Positions 1 to 8,901 of a stretch of 64,000 nt of DNA are shown piece after piece (the first letter of the stretch is position 1; every line of letters begins with the position of its first letter). The notes beneath the pieces are model-generated. The model searched no databases, was not told the origin of the DNA, and saw nothing but the letters and a program-made list of their open reading frames with translations. This DNA comes from Candidatus Omnitrophota bacterium (lineage in GTDB: Bacteria > Omnitrophota > Gorgyraeia > Zapsychrales > JANLHA01). The position numbers and the translations under genes were made by a program. The stretch lies in NCBI GenBank assembly GCA_023139575.1, contig JAGLNJ010000051.1, positions 5,926-69,925 of the forward strand. The letters are read 5' to 3'.

Positions 1-3000
1 ACTGCACAATATTATCGGCGTCCAGGATCTGCCCGTTATCACCCATGATAACCTTATCGCCAAAGCCCAAAATTGTCTTGAAAGAAGCGGCGCCGGCTTC
101 CCTTTGTCCTGTATAAGCTAAAACCGTGTCGGCATCAGGATTTACTTTTAAAGCTAAAGTATTTTCATCACGCGTTAAGGTGTCATTAATTCCTCTGAGA
201 ATGAAAGATTTATCGCCTTTTTGTTTATCCAAAAAGCCCGCTAAACCGTCACTAAAAAATTTCAGCGCGTCCTTATCTTTTATTTTACCTTCCAGCACAG
301 ACAGCTCTGCCGTTCTTTTATTTAACCTCTCTTTATCCGGATCGCTGCTATAATTTTTTTCTTTATCAGAAGGTGTTTTTTCTTTTTCCGTTTCGGGGCC
401 CTTCACATCCGGCCCGGCAGGGCCTCCCGCCCCCGGTATCTGTTCTTCTTGTTCAGATTTCTTTTTGTTAGTATCATATTGATCTTTAAGAATTTTATAG
501 TATTTTTTGGATATAGGGCCTGATTCATGGGCTGCTGTTCTGCGATAAGGTGTGCCGTCAACGCCAGAACTGGCGCTGGCATAAAGATTATTGGCTTCTT
601 CTTCGATACTTGAAGTTTCTTTTGAAGGCCCGGGCTCTGACTGGCTCTCTTTCTCTTTGGGTTTTTCTTTGGGCTCTGTCGACAATTCGGTCTTTTTCTC
701 TTCTGGACTATCCGCTCCCGGCTCTTTTTTATCTTTTACTTCCCCCTTTTTATCGCGGGGTTTTCTTTCGTCATGTATAATTCCATCCATATTCATATCT
801 ACACCGCCGCCTTGAAACCCTGCTTCTTCTTGCCTCTCTTTTAAAAACTCTTTAGGGTCGGTAAAAACGGCAGATATGGATACATCCTCCCATTTTATTT
901 CTTCATACATGGATTCCCGGCCAAACGTGGCGTATATATAAGAGGATTCCTTGCCGAAAACCGGAGACCTTGACGACAAAGAAATTTCATTATAGACATA
1001 AAGCGATTTATCCCCTTCACCGCTTTTACCAAAGAGCACCTGTTCATTTGCCGATGTAATAGTGACCTCCTCCCCGCCTTCACCGCTTAAGATATCTAGG
1101 AGAGCCGCCATTGTTTCATATTCTTCTATAGACTCCTCTCTTAGATCAGAATCATCCTTCAAGTAAGAAGAATCATCCATCAAATAAGAAAAATCACCCG
1201 TCAAGCCAATAGAACCCGCATACAAATCCCCAGACATCAAGCTAAAAGCGCCAGTATTCAAAGCCCCATCCAGAGCGCCTTTACCGCTGAGAACATTCAG
1301 GAGGGCCTCAGAATAGCCCCCAGCTTTGAGTTCATCCAGGAGAGCTTCATTCTTTTCATCTGAAGAGCCTCCACCGCTGAGAACGTCTATGATGGCCTCA
1401 GAATAGCCATCAGCTTTGAGCGCATTTAGGAGCGCTGCCCACTTTTCATCTGGAGAGCCTTTACCGCTGAGAACATCTATGAGGGCCTTAGAATAGCCCC
1501 CAGCGCTGAGAACTTCTAGAAAGTCAGATAATTTTTTATCCGAATTATAACTAATTGTGATACGCTTTGCCTTCTTTCCAGGCAAAAAAATACCTTTTTC
1601 CCACCCTTCTAAAAGACTGGCAATGGTAAAGCCATCCGCATCGTGGCCGCTCTCCTCGCCATAGGAAAAGGCGCTGATCTCTTCATTAAGCATTCCGTCT
1701 ACTCCTGCTAGACGTGCTAAAAGCGTGGCGTCATCTACTTTCGGTTCAACAGATAACAGGTTTTCATCCACACCTGCCAGGCGCACAAGAAACGTGGCGT
1801 CATCTTCTTTCGATTCAATAGATAATCTTTTTGCGTCTTCCCCTTCTAAAAGAGCATGGCTGGTAAAGGTATCCCTGTCACCCGCGCCCTTCTCCTCAAA
1901 GAAATAGGAGCCCGTCCCTTCAAAGTTCAGCATGACATCGGCCTTAACGCCGTCTACACCCAAGCCCGCCACGCTTGCTATAATTTCAGGGTCTTCGTCT
2001 ATCCGCCTGTGGATCTCCACCAGATCGCTATCCTTAGAAAACGGCTTAAACAGGACATTTCCAGCCTTATCCTTCACTACTATTTCTTCCGGATCGATGC
2101 CCAGCGACTCTGTTTCCTCTTCAGTAAATTTAAGGCGCGGATCATTAAAGCCCTTATGCGCTACTGGATCAACTTTGCCTTTCGCGTTTATACTATAACC
2201 CGCGCGCATGAAACTTTTTCTTTTACCGCCAAACACGCCGATCAATTCAGCATCAGTGAGCCCCGGAGTCAATGGGCTGGCATAACCCAGAAGCACCAGC
2301 AATTTATCAAAGCCTTCTCCCCCGTCATACCTTCTGATCGAGCGGTATAATCCTAAATGCGTTAACATGTCAGTATATGACTGATTCGTTGACGCGCTTG
2401 AAAGGGCAATGCCCAAACTGGCATTTACATTAGCCTGCATGTGCTTGGCCAAGACGGTGTTTAAGGCCTTCGTTGAATGGAGAACAGCGGCGCTTTCAAT
2501 AATGTCATGGCCGGCCAGGCGCAGTTGCGCGTCATAATAAACATCGCTCGGAGCGTGCTCAATATCCCCGTCGTCATACAGTTCCTGCTGTTCGGCCTTG
2601 TGCTCAGCAAGCTGGTCCTCATAATCTTCAATATCCCGGAACTCTTGAGGGCTCAACCCGGCGCGGGCGCTGGTTTCATCAGCAAAGGCGACAAAGCTGT
2701 CCGGCCCGAACACAAATTTATCGTCTGAATTAGACATGAAGGCGTGATATGTCAGTTGGCCGACGCCGTCCTCATCTGTTTTTCCTTTTGAAGCGAATCC
2801 GGCTGTCCCATTAAATGCGGGGTGGTTGCCGTCGAAAGTTGTATAAGAATAAAGAAAATCATATCCCATTTCCAGTAAGGAGTTGCCAAATACCGAAACG
2901 AAAACACTGCCGGCGCCTTTTTTATCACTTTCAGAATGATTTTTCTTGCCGTCATACATATCCGTAAAGCTTGCCGGTGTCAGGCTGGCTAATGAAGCTG

Positions 3001-5590
3001 TTATCCCCTTTGCCGCGGCTGACCCTAAAAAGAGCAATGAGCGGATCTTCAAGGTGGCTATAACTTGTTCTTCTCCACTCGATAAACCGCTATCGGCATG
3101 GTCCTTCCCCACATTATTATCAATAACGGCGGCGATTCCTACGGTAATCAGAGACTGCAACAAAGATTTGAGCATCTCACCGCCAATGGTACACTCAACT
3201 ATTTCTCCCTTAGAATTGGCATATGTCCCCAACGGAGTACCGTCTTTCTCATCTCCTGCGCTGGCGATATAGAGGATAGCGGCTAAATTAGCCCCCAGTT
3301 CTCCCACAGCCTCGGAAAGAAGCGATTCCGTGTCAACATCGAACTCATCAGCCGCCAGTCTGCGCAGATAATAGGATGCCAGGCTTTTTGTAATTGTCAT
3401 ACCGGCGGATTTCGCCCAATTGATTAAAGAAACAACCGCCGTATTATAAACATCAACCCTAGGGCCGCCGGCATCGACTTCTCCCTTGTGCGTGAGGCCC
3501 ATAAAATCTCTGAAATACGTGCCGCACGTTTCGTCTGCGATATGAGCAAAAGAAGTCATAGCGAAGGATGTGGCTATAGAAGTAATCGCCCCTGCCAAGG
3601 CGGATCTCAACTGCGGATCCATATCCTCATCAAGGTGTTCATAAACATAATCTGATATTTCCCTGCTTATGTATGCCTTCACCAGACCTTGCGCGAAACC
3701 GTGCGCGAAACCGGTAAAAAAGACTTTTGTCATACTCATTCTGGTAATATCCAAGGCCGCCTTATTAACAACTTGCTTTTTAACCGTATTCGAAACTGTA
3801 GATGTCCCTGAAGTCCTGAACAATCTGGCAACTTTTGCTTTTGCCTTGCTCCAGGTTTTGGCCGCCCACTTCCCGGCAGCAGAATTGGCGATTTTATCCC
3901 CCGCCACCTGTAATAATGTCCTTTCAGCAGTGCTAGCCCCGGCTTGGGGGGCCATCGCAAGATCAACGAAAACTTGTGATGCTTGGGCTGCTTGGGTGGC
4001 GGTCCCCCCTGAAGTCATAACATCACCCGCTATTTCTCCTGCCTGTGCAGCGAGTTCTTGTGAAGCCCCTGCATTAATGGCTTGGGCTGCCCCTTCTCCT
4101 GCGGCGGCCGAAGCTGCGGCATCTCCCCCCGATTTTACAAAGTCTTTTCCTGCTGCTTCTCCTGCAGCCTTTGCCATTTCTTGCGTTCCCCCGCTCTTGA
4201 CTGTGTCGGACGCCGCTTGTCCTGCGGCGACTTTTGATCCTTCCGTTGCCCCTTCTCGTAATCCTTCTGCAACTATAGCCTGTTCCGCCGCCAACGCTGC
4301 GGCCTGCGCGACCATTAAACAGCTAAAACCCACTGTCAATGCTATAGTCAGGGCGGTTCCCACCAGCATCGCCGTACCGGGGTCACAAGATCCGGTAACT
4401 TGACAAGCTTGAGCCCAGGTGCTGGTCATCTCGCTTCCGGCAACTCCCATCACTGCAACTACCGCCCCACCTGAGGCACCTACAGCTCCCAGAGAGCCCA
4501 TCCACCCTCCAAAAGCGATAGATACAACGGATATCACAATATGAAGCATCATAGCGCTGCCGCTGATAAAGCCGGGCAGGTCGTCGGATTTATCTACCCA
4601 GGCATTGCCCCAAACAAAGGCCTTTTGGGCATCCGGGATAATTTGGCAGGCTATTTTTTGTTTATCTAAATCCGGAGCTAAAACAAAACCGCTGAACTGT
4701 CCCAAAAACTCTTCAATTGTAAGGATCCTGAGTTTGCCGATATCTGTAATAATCACTTCATCGTTTTCTTTGTCAACGCTCTTGACCATAACAAAGTGCT
4801 CAGGATCCAGGTTGGCAATAAAAGGCGTCTGGATCTTAAGGGCATCCTTATCTGACACTTTCGCCGCAATAAGATTAAGGCCATAAGGCTGGGCAATTTT
4901 ATCCATCGCGAACAAGGACGTCTTCAACTCAGGTTCGCCCGGCTTTACAATCTCGTTCAAAAGATCAACAATGAGCGTCGCTTGCGACAATTCTTCCAAC
5001 GTTTGATAAATATTTCGGCTTGCCAAAAGGTCTCGTAACGCATAAATACCGCAATTCAACGGATGAATGTCAGGATCCTGCAACCAGGATGCCACCTGGT
5101 TTATGCTGTTTTCATCGAATCGCAGCTTAGTCTCCAGGGAGATTTTCTTCGGCTCTTTGCCAACCATTTTGCCGCCTTCAATTCTTGTGTCAGATATATA
5201 GATATTAACACGGGGATTATCGCGGTAAGCAACTTGGCCTAAAAACTTGCGCATGGCTTTAGCTAATTCAAGGGATAATTCTTCAGCAGTCATCGGCTCT
5301 GGAAAGAGAAAAGGCAGGTCTAACGGGTTCTCTTGCGGGGCTTGAAACTTTTCAGCTCCCCACAAAACACGGGGATCATAGCTTAACGCCCAGGAAATCT
5401 GTTCAGGCACAAACACTAACACAACGAGCAGGGCAATAGTTCGCAGCCAAGTTTTAAAACGGCTCTTGAAAGGCTGCTCCGGCTTTTTATCTAAAACGAA
5501 GGCAGAGAAGTCCCCATGATCAATATTATTAATAATATTGCTATTATTTACACTTTGGGAGCCTGCATTATTGTCCAATCTGTCTTCCAT
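1..5590 (-). CDS. Giant repeat-containing secreted/membrane-anchored protein, partial (>1860 aa; 3' end beyond window edge). N-terminal signal-anchor helix, Ala/Gly-rich low-complexity block, 30-aa x3 and 23-aa x2 tandem repeats
   Basis: Reverse complement from the ATG at 5588-5590 reads open (MEDRLDNNAGSQSVNN...RTIALLVVLVFVPEQ...) down to position 1. An in-frame TAA lies 2 codons upstream of the ATG. The ORF track lists no other M-to-stop minus-strand ORF in this frame over 5.6 kb, consistent with one long frame whose stop is outside the window. Plus-strand 'ORFs' here are low-complexity mirror frames. Confidence 0.6.
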   Translation of the reverse strand, partial: MEDRLDNNAGSQSVNNSNIINNIDHGDFSAFVLDKKPEQPFKSRFKTWLRTIALLVVLVFVPEQISWALSYDPRVLWGAEKFQAPQENPLDLPFLFPEPMTAEELSLELAKAMRKFLGQVAYRDNPRVNIYISDTRIEGGKMVGKEPKKISLETKLRFDENSINQVASWLQDPDIHPLNCGIYALRDLLASRNIYQTLEELSQATLIVDLLNEIVKPGEPELKTSLFAMDKIAQPYGLNLIAAKVSDKDALKIQTPFIANLDPEHFVMVKSVDKENDEVIITDIGKLRILTIEEFLGQFSGFVLAPDLDKQKIACQIIPDAQKAFVWGNAWVDKSDDLPGFISGSAMMLHIVISVVSIAFGGWMGSLGAVGASGGAVVAVMGVAGSEMTSTWAQACQVTGSCDPGTAMLVGTALTIALTVGFSCLMVAQAAALAAEQAIVAEGLREGATEGSKVAAGQAASDTVKSGGTQEMAKAAGEAAGKDFVKSGGDAAASAAAGEGAAQAINAGASQELAAQAGEIAGDVMTSGGTATQAAQASQVFVDLAMAPQAGASTAERTLLQVAGDKIANSAAGKWAAKTWSKAKAKVARLFRTSGTSTVSNTVKKQVVNKAALDITRMSMTKVFFTGFAHGFAQGLVKAYISREISDYVYEHLDEDMDPQLRSALAGAITSIATSFAMTSFAHIADETCGTYFRDFMGLTHKGEVDAGGPRVDVYNTAVVSLINWAKSAGMTITKSLASYYLRRLAADEFDVDTESLLSEAVGELGANLAAILYIASAGDEKDGTPLGTYANSKGEIVECTIGGEMLKSLLQSLITVGIAAVIDNNVGKDHADSGLSSGEEQVIATLKIRSLLFLGSAAAKGITASLASLTPASFTDMYDGKKNHSESDKKGAGSVFVSVFGNSLLEMGYDFLYSYTTFDGNHPAFNGTAGFASKGKTDEDGVGQLTYHAFMSNSDDKFVFGPDSFVAFADETSARAGLSPQEFRDIEDYEDQLAEHKAEQQELYDDGDIEHAPSDVYYDAQLRLAGHDIIESAAVLHSTKALNTVLAKHMQANVNASLGIALSSASTNQSYTDMLTHLGLYRSIRRYDGGEGFDKLLVLLGYASPLTPGLTDAELIGVFGGKRKSFMRAGYSINAKGKVDPVAHKGFNDPRLKFTEEETESLGIDPEEIVVKDKAGNVLFKPFSKDSDLVEIHRRIDEDPEIIASVAGLGVDGVKADVMLNFEGTGSYFFEEKGAGDRDTFTSHALLEGEDAKRLSIESKEDDATFLVRLAGVDENLLSVEPKVDDATLLARLAGVDGMLNEEISAFSYGEESGHDADGFTIASLLEGWEKGIFLPGKKAKRITISYNSDKKLSDFLEVLSAGGYSKALIDVLSGKGSPDEKWAALLNALKADGYSEAIIDVLSGGGSSDEKNEALLDELKAGGYSEALLNVLSGKGALDGALNTGAFSLMSGDLYAGSIGLTGDFSYLMDDSSYLKDDSDLREESIEEYETMAALLDILSGEGGEEVTITSANEQVLFGKSGEGDKSLYVYNEISLSSRSPVFGKESSYIYATFGRESMYEEIKWEDVSISAVFTDPKEFLKERQEEAGFQGGGVDMNMDGIIHDERKPRDKKGEVKDKKEPGADSPEEKKTELSTEPKEKPKEKESQSEPGPSKETSSIEEEANNLYASASSGVDGTPYRRTAAHESGPISKKYYKILKDQYDTNKKKSEQEEQIPGAGGPAGPDVKGPETEKEKTPSDKEKNYSSDPDKERLNKRTAELSVLEGKIKDKDALKFFSDGLAGFLDKQKGDKSFILRGINDTLTRDENTLALKVNPDADTVLAYTGQREAGAASFKTILGFGDKVIMGDNGQILDADNIVQ
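1278..1547 (-). repeat. Three tandem 90-bp (30-aa) in-frame repeats inside the giant gene (protein unit ~LLxxLKAxGYSEAxIDVLSGxGSxDEK)
   Basis: Direct repeat ccttTaccgctgagaac... recurs at 1278, 1368 and 1458 with 90-bp period. Confidence 0.7.
1700..1840 (-). repeat. Two tandem 69-bp (23-aa) in-frame repeats inside the giant gene (unit ~K[EV]DDAT[FL]L[VA]RLAGVD)
   Basis: Motif cgtggcgtcatc at 1724 and 1793, period 69 bp. Confidence 0.55.
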
Positions 5591-6420
5591 AATTTAGTTT
5601 TTTAGTTTCGAATGTCCAGACTTATTTGCTCGTTTATTTTCTCCCCCAAGAAAATGCGCCAAAATGACGAGAAATAAATTGGAACGACTTGGCTGGATTC
5701 TAACTCGTGAGGAAGGCAGAATCCAGCTCTCTCGTTTAATTCAAATCGAGAGAAAAGAGCGGCTGTGATACATTGAACCTTGTATAATAATCGTCTACGA
5801 CCAAGACGATTTGATGAAGCTAAAATTTTGTTTTTTTGTATGCTATTCTTGATTTTTCGCATGTTGCTTTAGGTTTAATGCCATCCATTAAAAAAGGACT
5901 ACCGTGTATTATGGTAGTCCTATAGAATATTCACCTATCAGGCTGTTTTTGCTGAGTTGTTTTTGTGACCGTCGCGGTTAGCCGCATTCTCACTCCATGT
6001 TTAAATGAATTTAAACCAACTCTGAACTATGCCTTATAAGTATAACATAATAATATATATTGACAAGCTTGCGAATAAATTTTTTTAAGATACATCTTGT
6101 TGGTATATATTAAGTTACAATCTTATCAAAAAACTCTTTCACATAAAAAATAATAATTTTTCGGGTAATAATATTGCAAACGCTTTCTTTCCATCCCATA
6201 GAACGCATAAATTTACATTATATACAAGGAACCCCTTTCACTCCACCTTATTCCATATGTTGCGGAGAAAGAAATTTGTTTCAATTATAAAACCACAAAA
6301 GTTACATTGGTAAACCATTGTTTAATTTTTTGTTCAAACTAAGGAAGTATTAACAAGCCTTAAAGTAGATTGGACATTTGATTCGAATTCAAAAGCGCTG
6401 CAGTATTGACATTTATAGCT

Positions 6421-6455
6421 GCAAAAAGGGCGCATTACTTATTTAGAATGCGCCC
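6421..6455 (-). terminator. Rho-independent terminator closing the tad operon (after tadC)
   Basis: Perfect 9-bp inverted repeat GGGCGCATT-N10-AATGCGCCC (6428-6455). It is followed on the minus strand by TTTTT (plus-strand AAAAA 6423-6427), about 20 nt downstream of the tadC stop. Confidence 0.7.
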
Positions 6456-6477
6456 TTGGATAAAATATCTTATTTTT

Positions 6478-7368
6478 TTATTCTTCTATCTTACTGGTCA
6501 TCTGATCCATTGGATTAGTTTCTAAAAATTGCAGAAAAATCGGCCCCGCAACCAAAATACCAACAGTAGGAAAGATAAAGAATAATAGCGGAACTAAAAG
6601 TTTCAACGGCGCTTTCATAGCCATTTTCTCGCCCCTTCGATAACGCGAAGTACGCATATCTTCCGAAAGCATGTTCAGAGCCTCTGAAACAGACGTTCCC
6701 ATTTTGTCCGCCTGAATAAGCGTTCGGGAAAAAGTAGCCAGTTCCGCAAGATCATATTTAGATGAAAGGTCTTTTAAAGCGTCTCTGCGCGTTTTACCGA
6801 CATTAATCTCCTGAAGCAAAGTGTTGAGCTCACTTACCATGACAGAGGGAGGGGATTTCTCGACAACCCATTTTAACGCCAACATAAAGTCCAAGCCGGC
6901 ATTGACACAAAGACCTAATAAGTCAATGGCGTCCGGCAATTCTTTAACCATAACCCCCTTCACGAAGCGTATCTTTCCCTTCAACCAATATTCGGGAAGC
7001 ATATAGCCAAAGCAAAAGCTCATCAAAAACCAGAAAATCATCATGTCAGGCTTAATCATCGGATAAGAAATGGCCAAAACAAAAATGATGCACACTTCTT
7101 TAATGAAAAAAAATTCTTCCGGCGAAATCGGAAGGTGAGCCACAGACAAATCTTTAACAATTCTCGTTCTCAGCTTGCCGGAGCAAAACGGTTTATTTAT
7201 CAAAGCAATCTTCCTGAATATCGATTGTTTTTTTCCTTTACTATCCCCATCGGAAGAGGCATAACCCAGAGCCTCCAGAGTGGGTCGGCTTTCCCAACCT
7301 AAGGGAAAAAGGCCGAGAATAAAACTGAACCCCGAAAGAAATACCATCGTCAATATAAAAATAATCAT
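6478..7368 (-). CDS. tadC: Tad/Flp pilus assembly inner-membrane protein TadC (GspF/T2SSF domain)
   Basis: 296 aa with multiple TM helices. Central T2SSF-like block ELPDAIDLLGLCVNAGLDF...RRDALKDLSSKY...LIQADKMGTSVSEAL, typical of TadC/CpaH. Confidence 0.8.
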   Translation of the reverse strand: MIIFILTMVFLSGFSFILGLFPLGWESRPTLEALGYASSDGDSKGKKQSIFRKIALINKPFCSGKLRTRIVKDLSVAHLPISPEEFFFIKEVCIIFVLAISYPMIKPDMMIFWFLMSFCFGYMLPEYWLKGKIRFVKGVMVKELPDAIDLLGLCVNAGLDFMLALKWVVEKSPPSVMVSELNTLLQEINVGKTRRDALKDLSSKYDLAELATFSRTLIQADKMGTSVSEALNMLSEDMRTSRYRRGEKMAMKAPLKLLVPLLFFIFPTVGILVAGPIFLQFLETNPMDQMTSKIEE

Positions 7369-7430
7369 GTCTTTCTACCCTTTCATTAACCCCTCTTTGC
7401 TGACAGCTCAGGCGGCTGAGAGCTCGCCTA

Positions 7431-8285
7431 TTAGTAGTCCTTCGACGTGCTGATCTTCCAAATCATAGCGGCGCCGATGATCTCGGAAAATGCCGCATAA
7501 ATCAAAAGAGCCCGTCCATTCTGCGACTGGATCATATGATTAAAAAATGTCGGGTTCGCTCCGTATACAATAAAGAAAAAAGCCACCGGAAGCAATGACA
7601 TAACAACGCCCTGAATTTTACCTTGTATTGTCAACGTGTCAATTTGCCCCTGAACGCGCTTCTGTTCACGAATAACACCCACAATACGAGAAAAGATAGC
7701 GGGTAAATTACCTCCTGTCTCTCTCGCCAGAAGAATGGCTGTTGTCATCTGCTGCAAAGCCGACGACGGCATGCGATTGTATAAATGGTTGAACGCCTCT
7801 TCTAAGGAAACTCCCATTTTATTCTCGCCGAGAACCGTCCCGAACTCTTGATTGATAGGGTCCGGCATTTCTTCGACGACCGCTTCCATGGCCTGAATTA
7901 AACTCAACCCACCTCTAAAAGAACTCGACATAATCATCAAGGCATCAATTAACTGATTATTAAATTTTCTTCTATTGCCCTGCAACAAGGCCTTTGTATA
8001 AAGCCCCGGAAACAAAACACCAAAGGCTATGCCGATAACAATGCTGAAAACGCGCACTTGCGCCGGAGCTATCGCATAGCCGATCGCGCCGCCAACGAGA
8101 GGAGCTAAAAGATATACTTGTGAAATTTTTTGAATCTGCTGACGAGGAATTATCCTGTCCAATTTGTTGGACAATTTTTGGGCTCGCTTTTGACTTAAAC
8201 CCACTGTTTTATTATAGACGGTAGGCACCACAGAATACCCTATTAAGGCCGCGGTACAAAAAACTAAAAATAATGTGATCGCCAT
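7431..8285 (-). CDS. tadB: Tad/Flp pilus assembly inner-membrane protein TadB (GspF/T2SSF domain)
   Basis: 284 aa. T2SSF-like block FRGGLSLIQAMEAVVEEMPDPINQEFGTVLGENKMGVSLEEAFNHL...ARETGGNLPAIF. It sits directly upstream of tadC. Confidence 0.8.
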   Translation of the reverse strand: MAITLFLVFCTAALIGYSVVPTVYNKTVGLSQKRAQKLSNKLDRIIPRQQIQKISQVYLLAPLVGGAIGYAIAPAQVRVFSIVIGIAFGVLFPGLYTKALLQGNRRKFNNQLIDALMIMSSSFRGGLSLIQAMEAVVEEMPDPINQEFGTVLGENKMGVSLEEAFNHLYNRMPSSALQQMTTAILLARETGGNLPAIFSRIVGVIREQKRVQGQIDTLTIQGKIQGVVMSLLPVAFFFIVYGANPTFFNHMIQSQNGRALLIYAAFSEIIGAAMIWKISTSKDY

Positions 8286-8366
8286 TTTGTTTCCTTACTT
8301 TTTTACTTTAAAAAAGCCGCTCTGAAACCTCTTTTCTTAGTCCTCTTCTTCAGGGGGGCATTTTCC

Positions 8367-8879
8367 TTATTCCTTAATACCCCAGCACATATTGCTATTA
8401 CAATTTTCGCTTCTGCAATCTGCTATGCAGATCTGACACTTTGTAGCATATTCATCATGATCTTTCGGCAAATCGCAATCACAATTAGCGCGAAAGCACT
8501 GTGATCCCACCCATATATTCATGGCTCCATCTGCCTGGGCGCAGGTATCACATATCGGTTCTCCGACAGGAATCGGACTACAAGGCGGATCATCAAGCGT
8601 GCAGCAGGGTACCAGCCATCCGGGCATTGTATAAACATTCAGGCCCCCCGTAATCACTACAGAATCATAAAAACATTCTTCCGTCGCGTTCGGATCATAC
8701 TGCTTGCCGTGGCCGAAAGAATTACCGGCATTACGCCATTGACCGGACAAACCTCGTGCTAAATATTTTTGGAAAACAAAAAATGTGCTGGCAATAAAGA
8801 ACATGACAAACATATATTCCAAGGCCGAAACTGCTTTTTTATTGTTTGCATTAGTAAATAATATTTTCTTTTTATTCAT
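8367..8879 (-). CDS. Cysteine-rich Flp/TadE-like pilin-like protein (170 aa, about 18 Cys)
   Basis: N-terminal class-III-signal-like segment KKAVSALEYMFVMFFIASTFFVF followed by YLARGLSGQWR...QYDP, a motif shared with pilin paralogs 4 and 7. The C-terminus is packed with Cys (CCTLDDPPCSP, CDTC, CDCDLP, CQICIADCRSENCNSNMC). Confidence 0.55.
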   Translation of the reverse strand: MNKKKILFTNANNKKAVSALEYMFVMFFIASTFFVFQKYLARGLSGQWRNAGNSFGHGKQYDPNATEECFYDSVVITGGLNVYTMPGWLVPCCTLDDPPCSPIPVGEPICDTCAQADGAMNIWVGSQCFRANCDCDLPKDHDEYATKCQICIADCRSENCNSNMCWGIKE

Positions 8880-8901
8880 CTCTTATTCTTATTCGATTTG
8901 T

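Noticed and set aside
126-4886. Plus-strand ORFs (75-244 aa; Ser/Ala/Pro-rich low-complexity, e.g. 3669-4403) across the first 5 kb
   Set aside because: They are mirror or alternative frames of the long minus-strand giant gene. Composition is low-complexity and there is no RBS or domain signal. Coding is far better explained by the single open minus-strand frame.
5602-5862. 86-aa minus-strand ORF directly upstream of the giant gene start
   Set aside because: It lies in the AT-rich promoter/leader region, is in a different frame from the giant gene, has no recognisable motif and no SD. Likely spurious.
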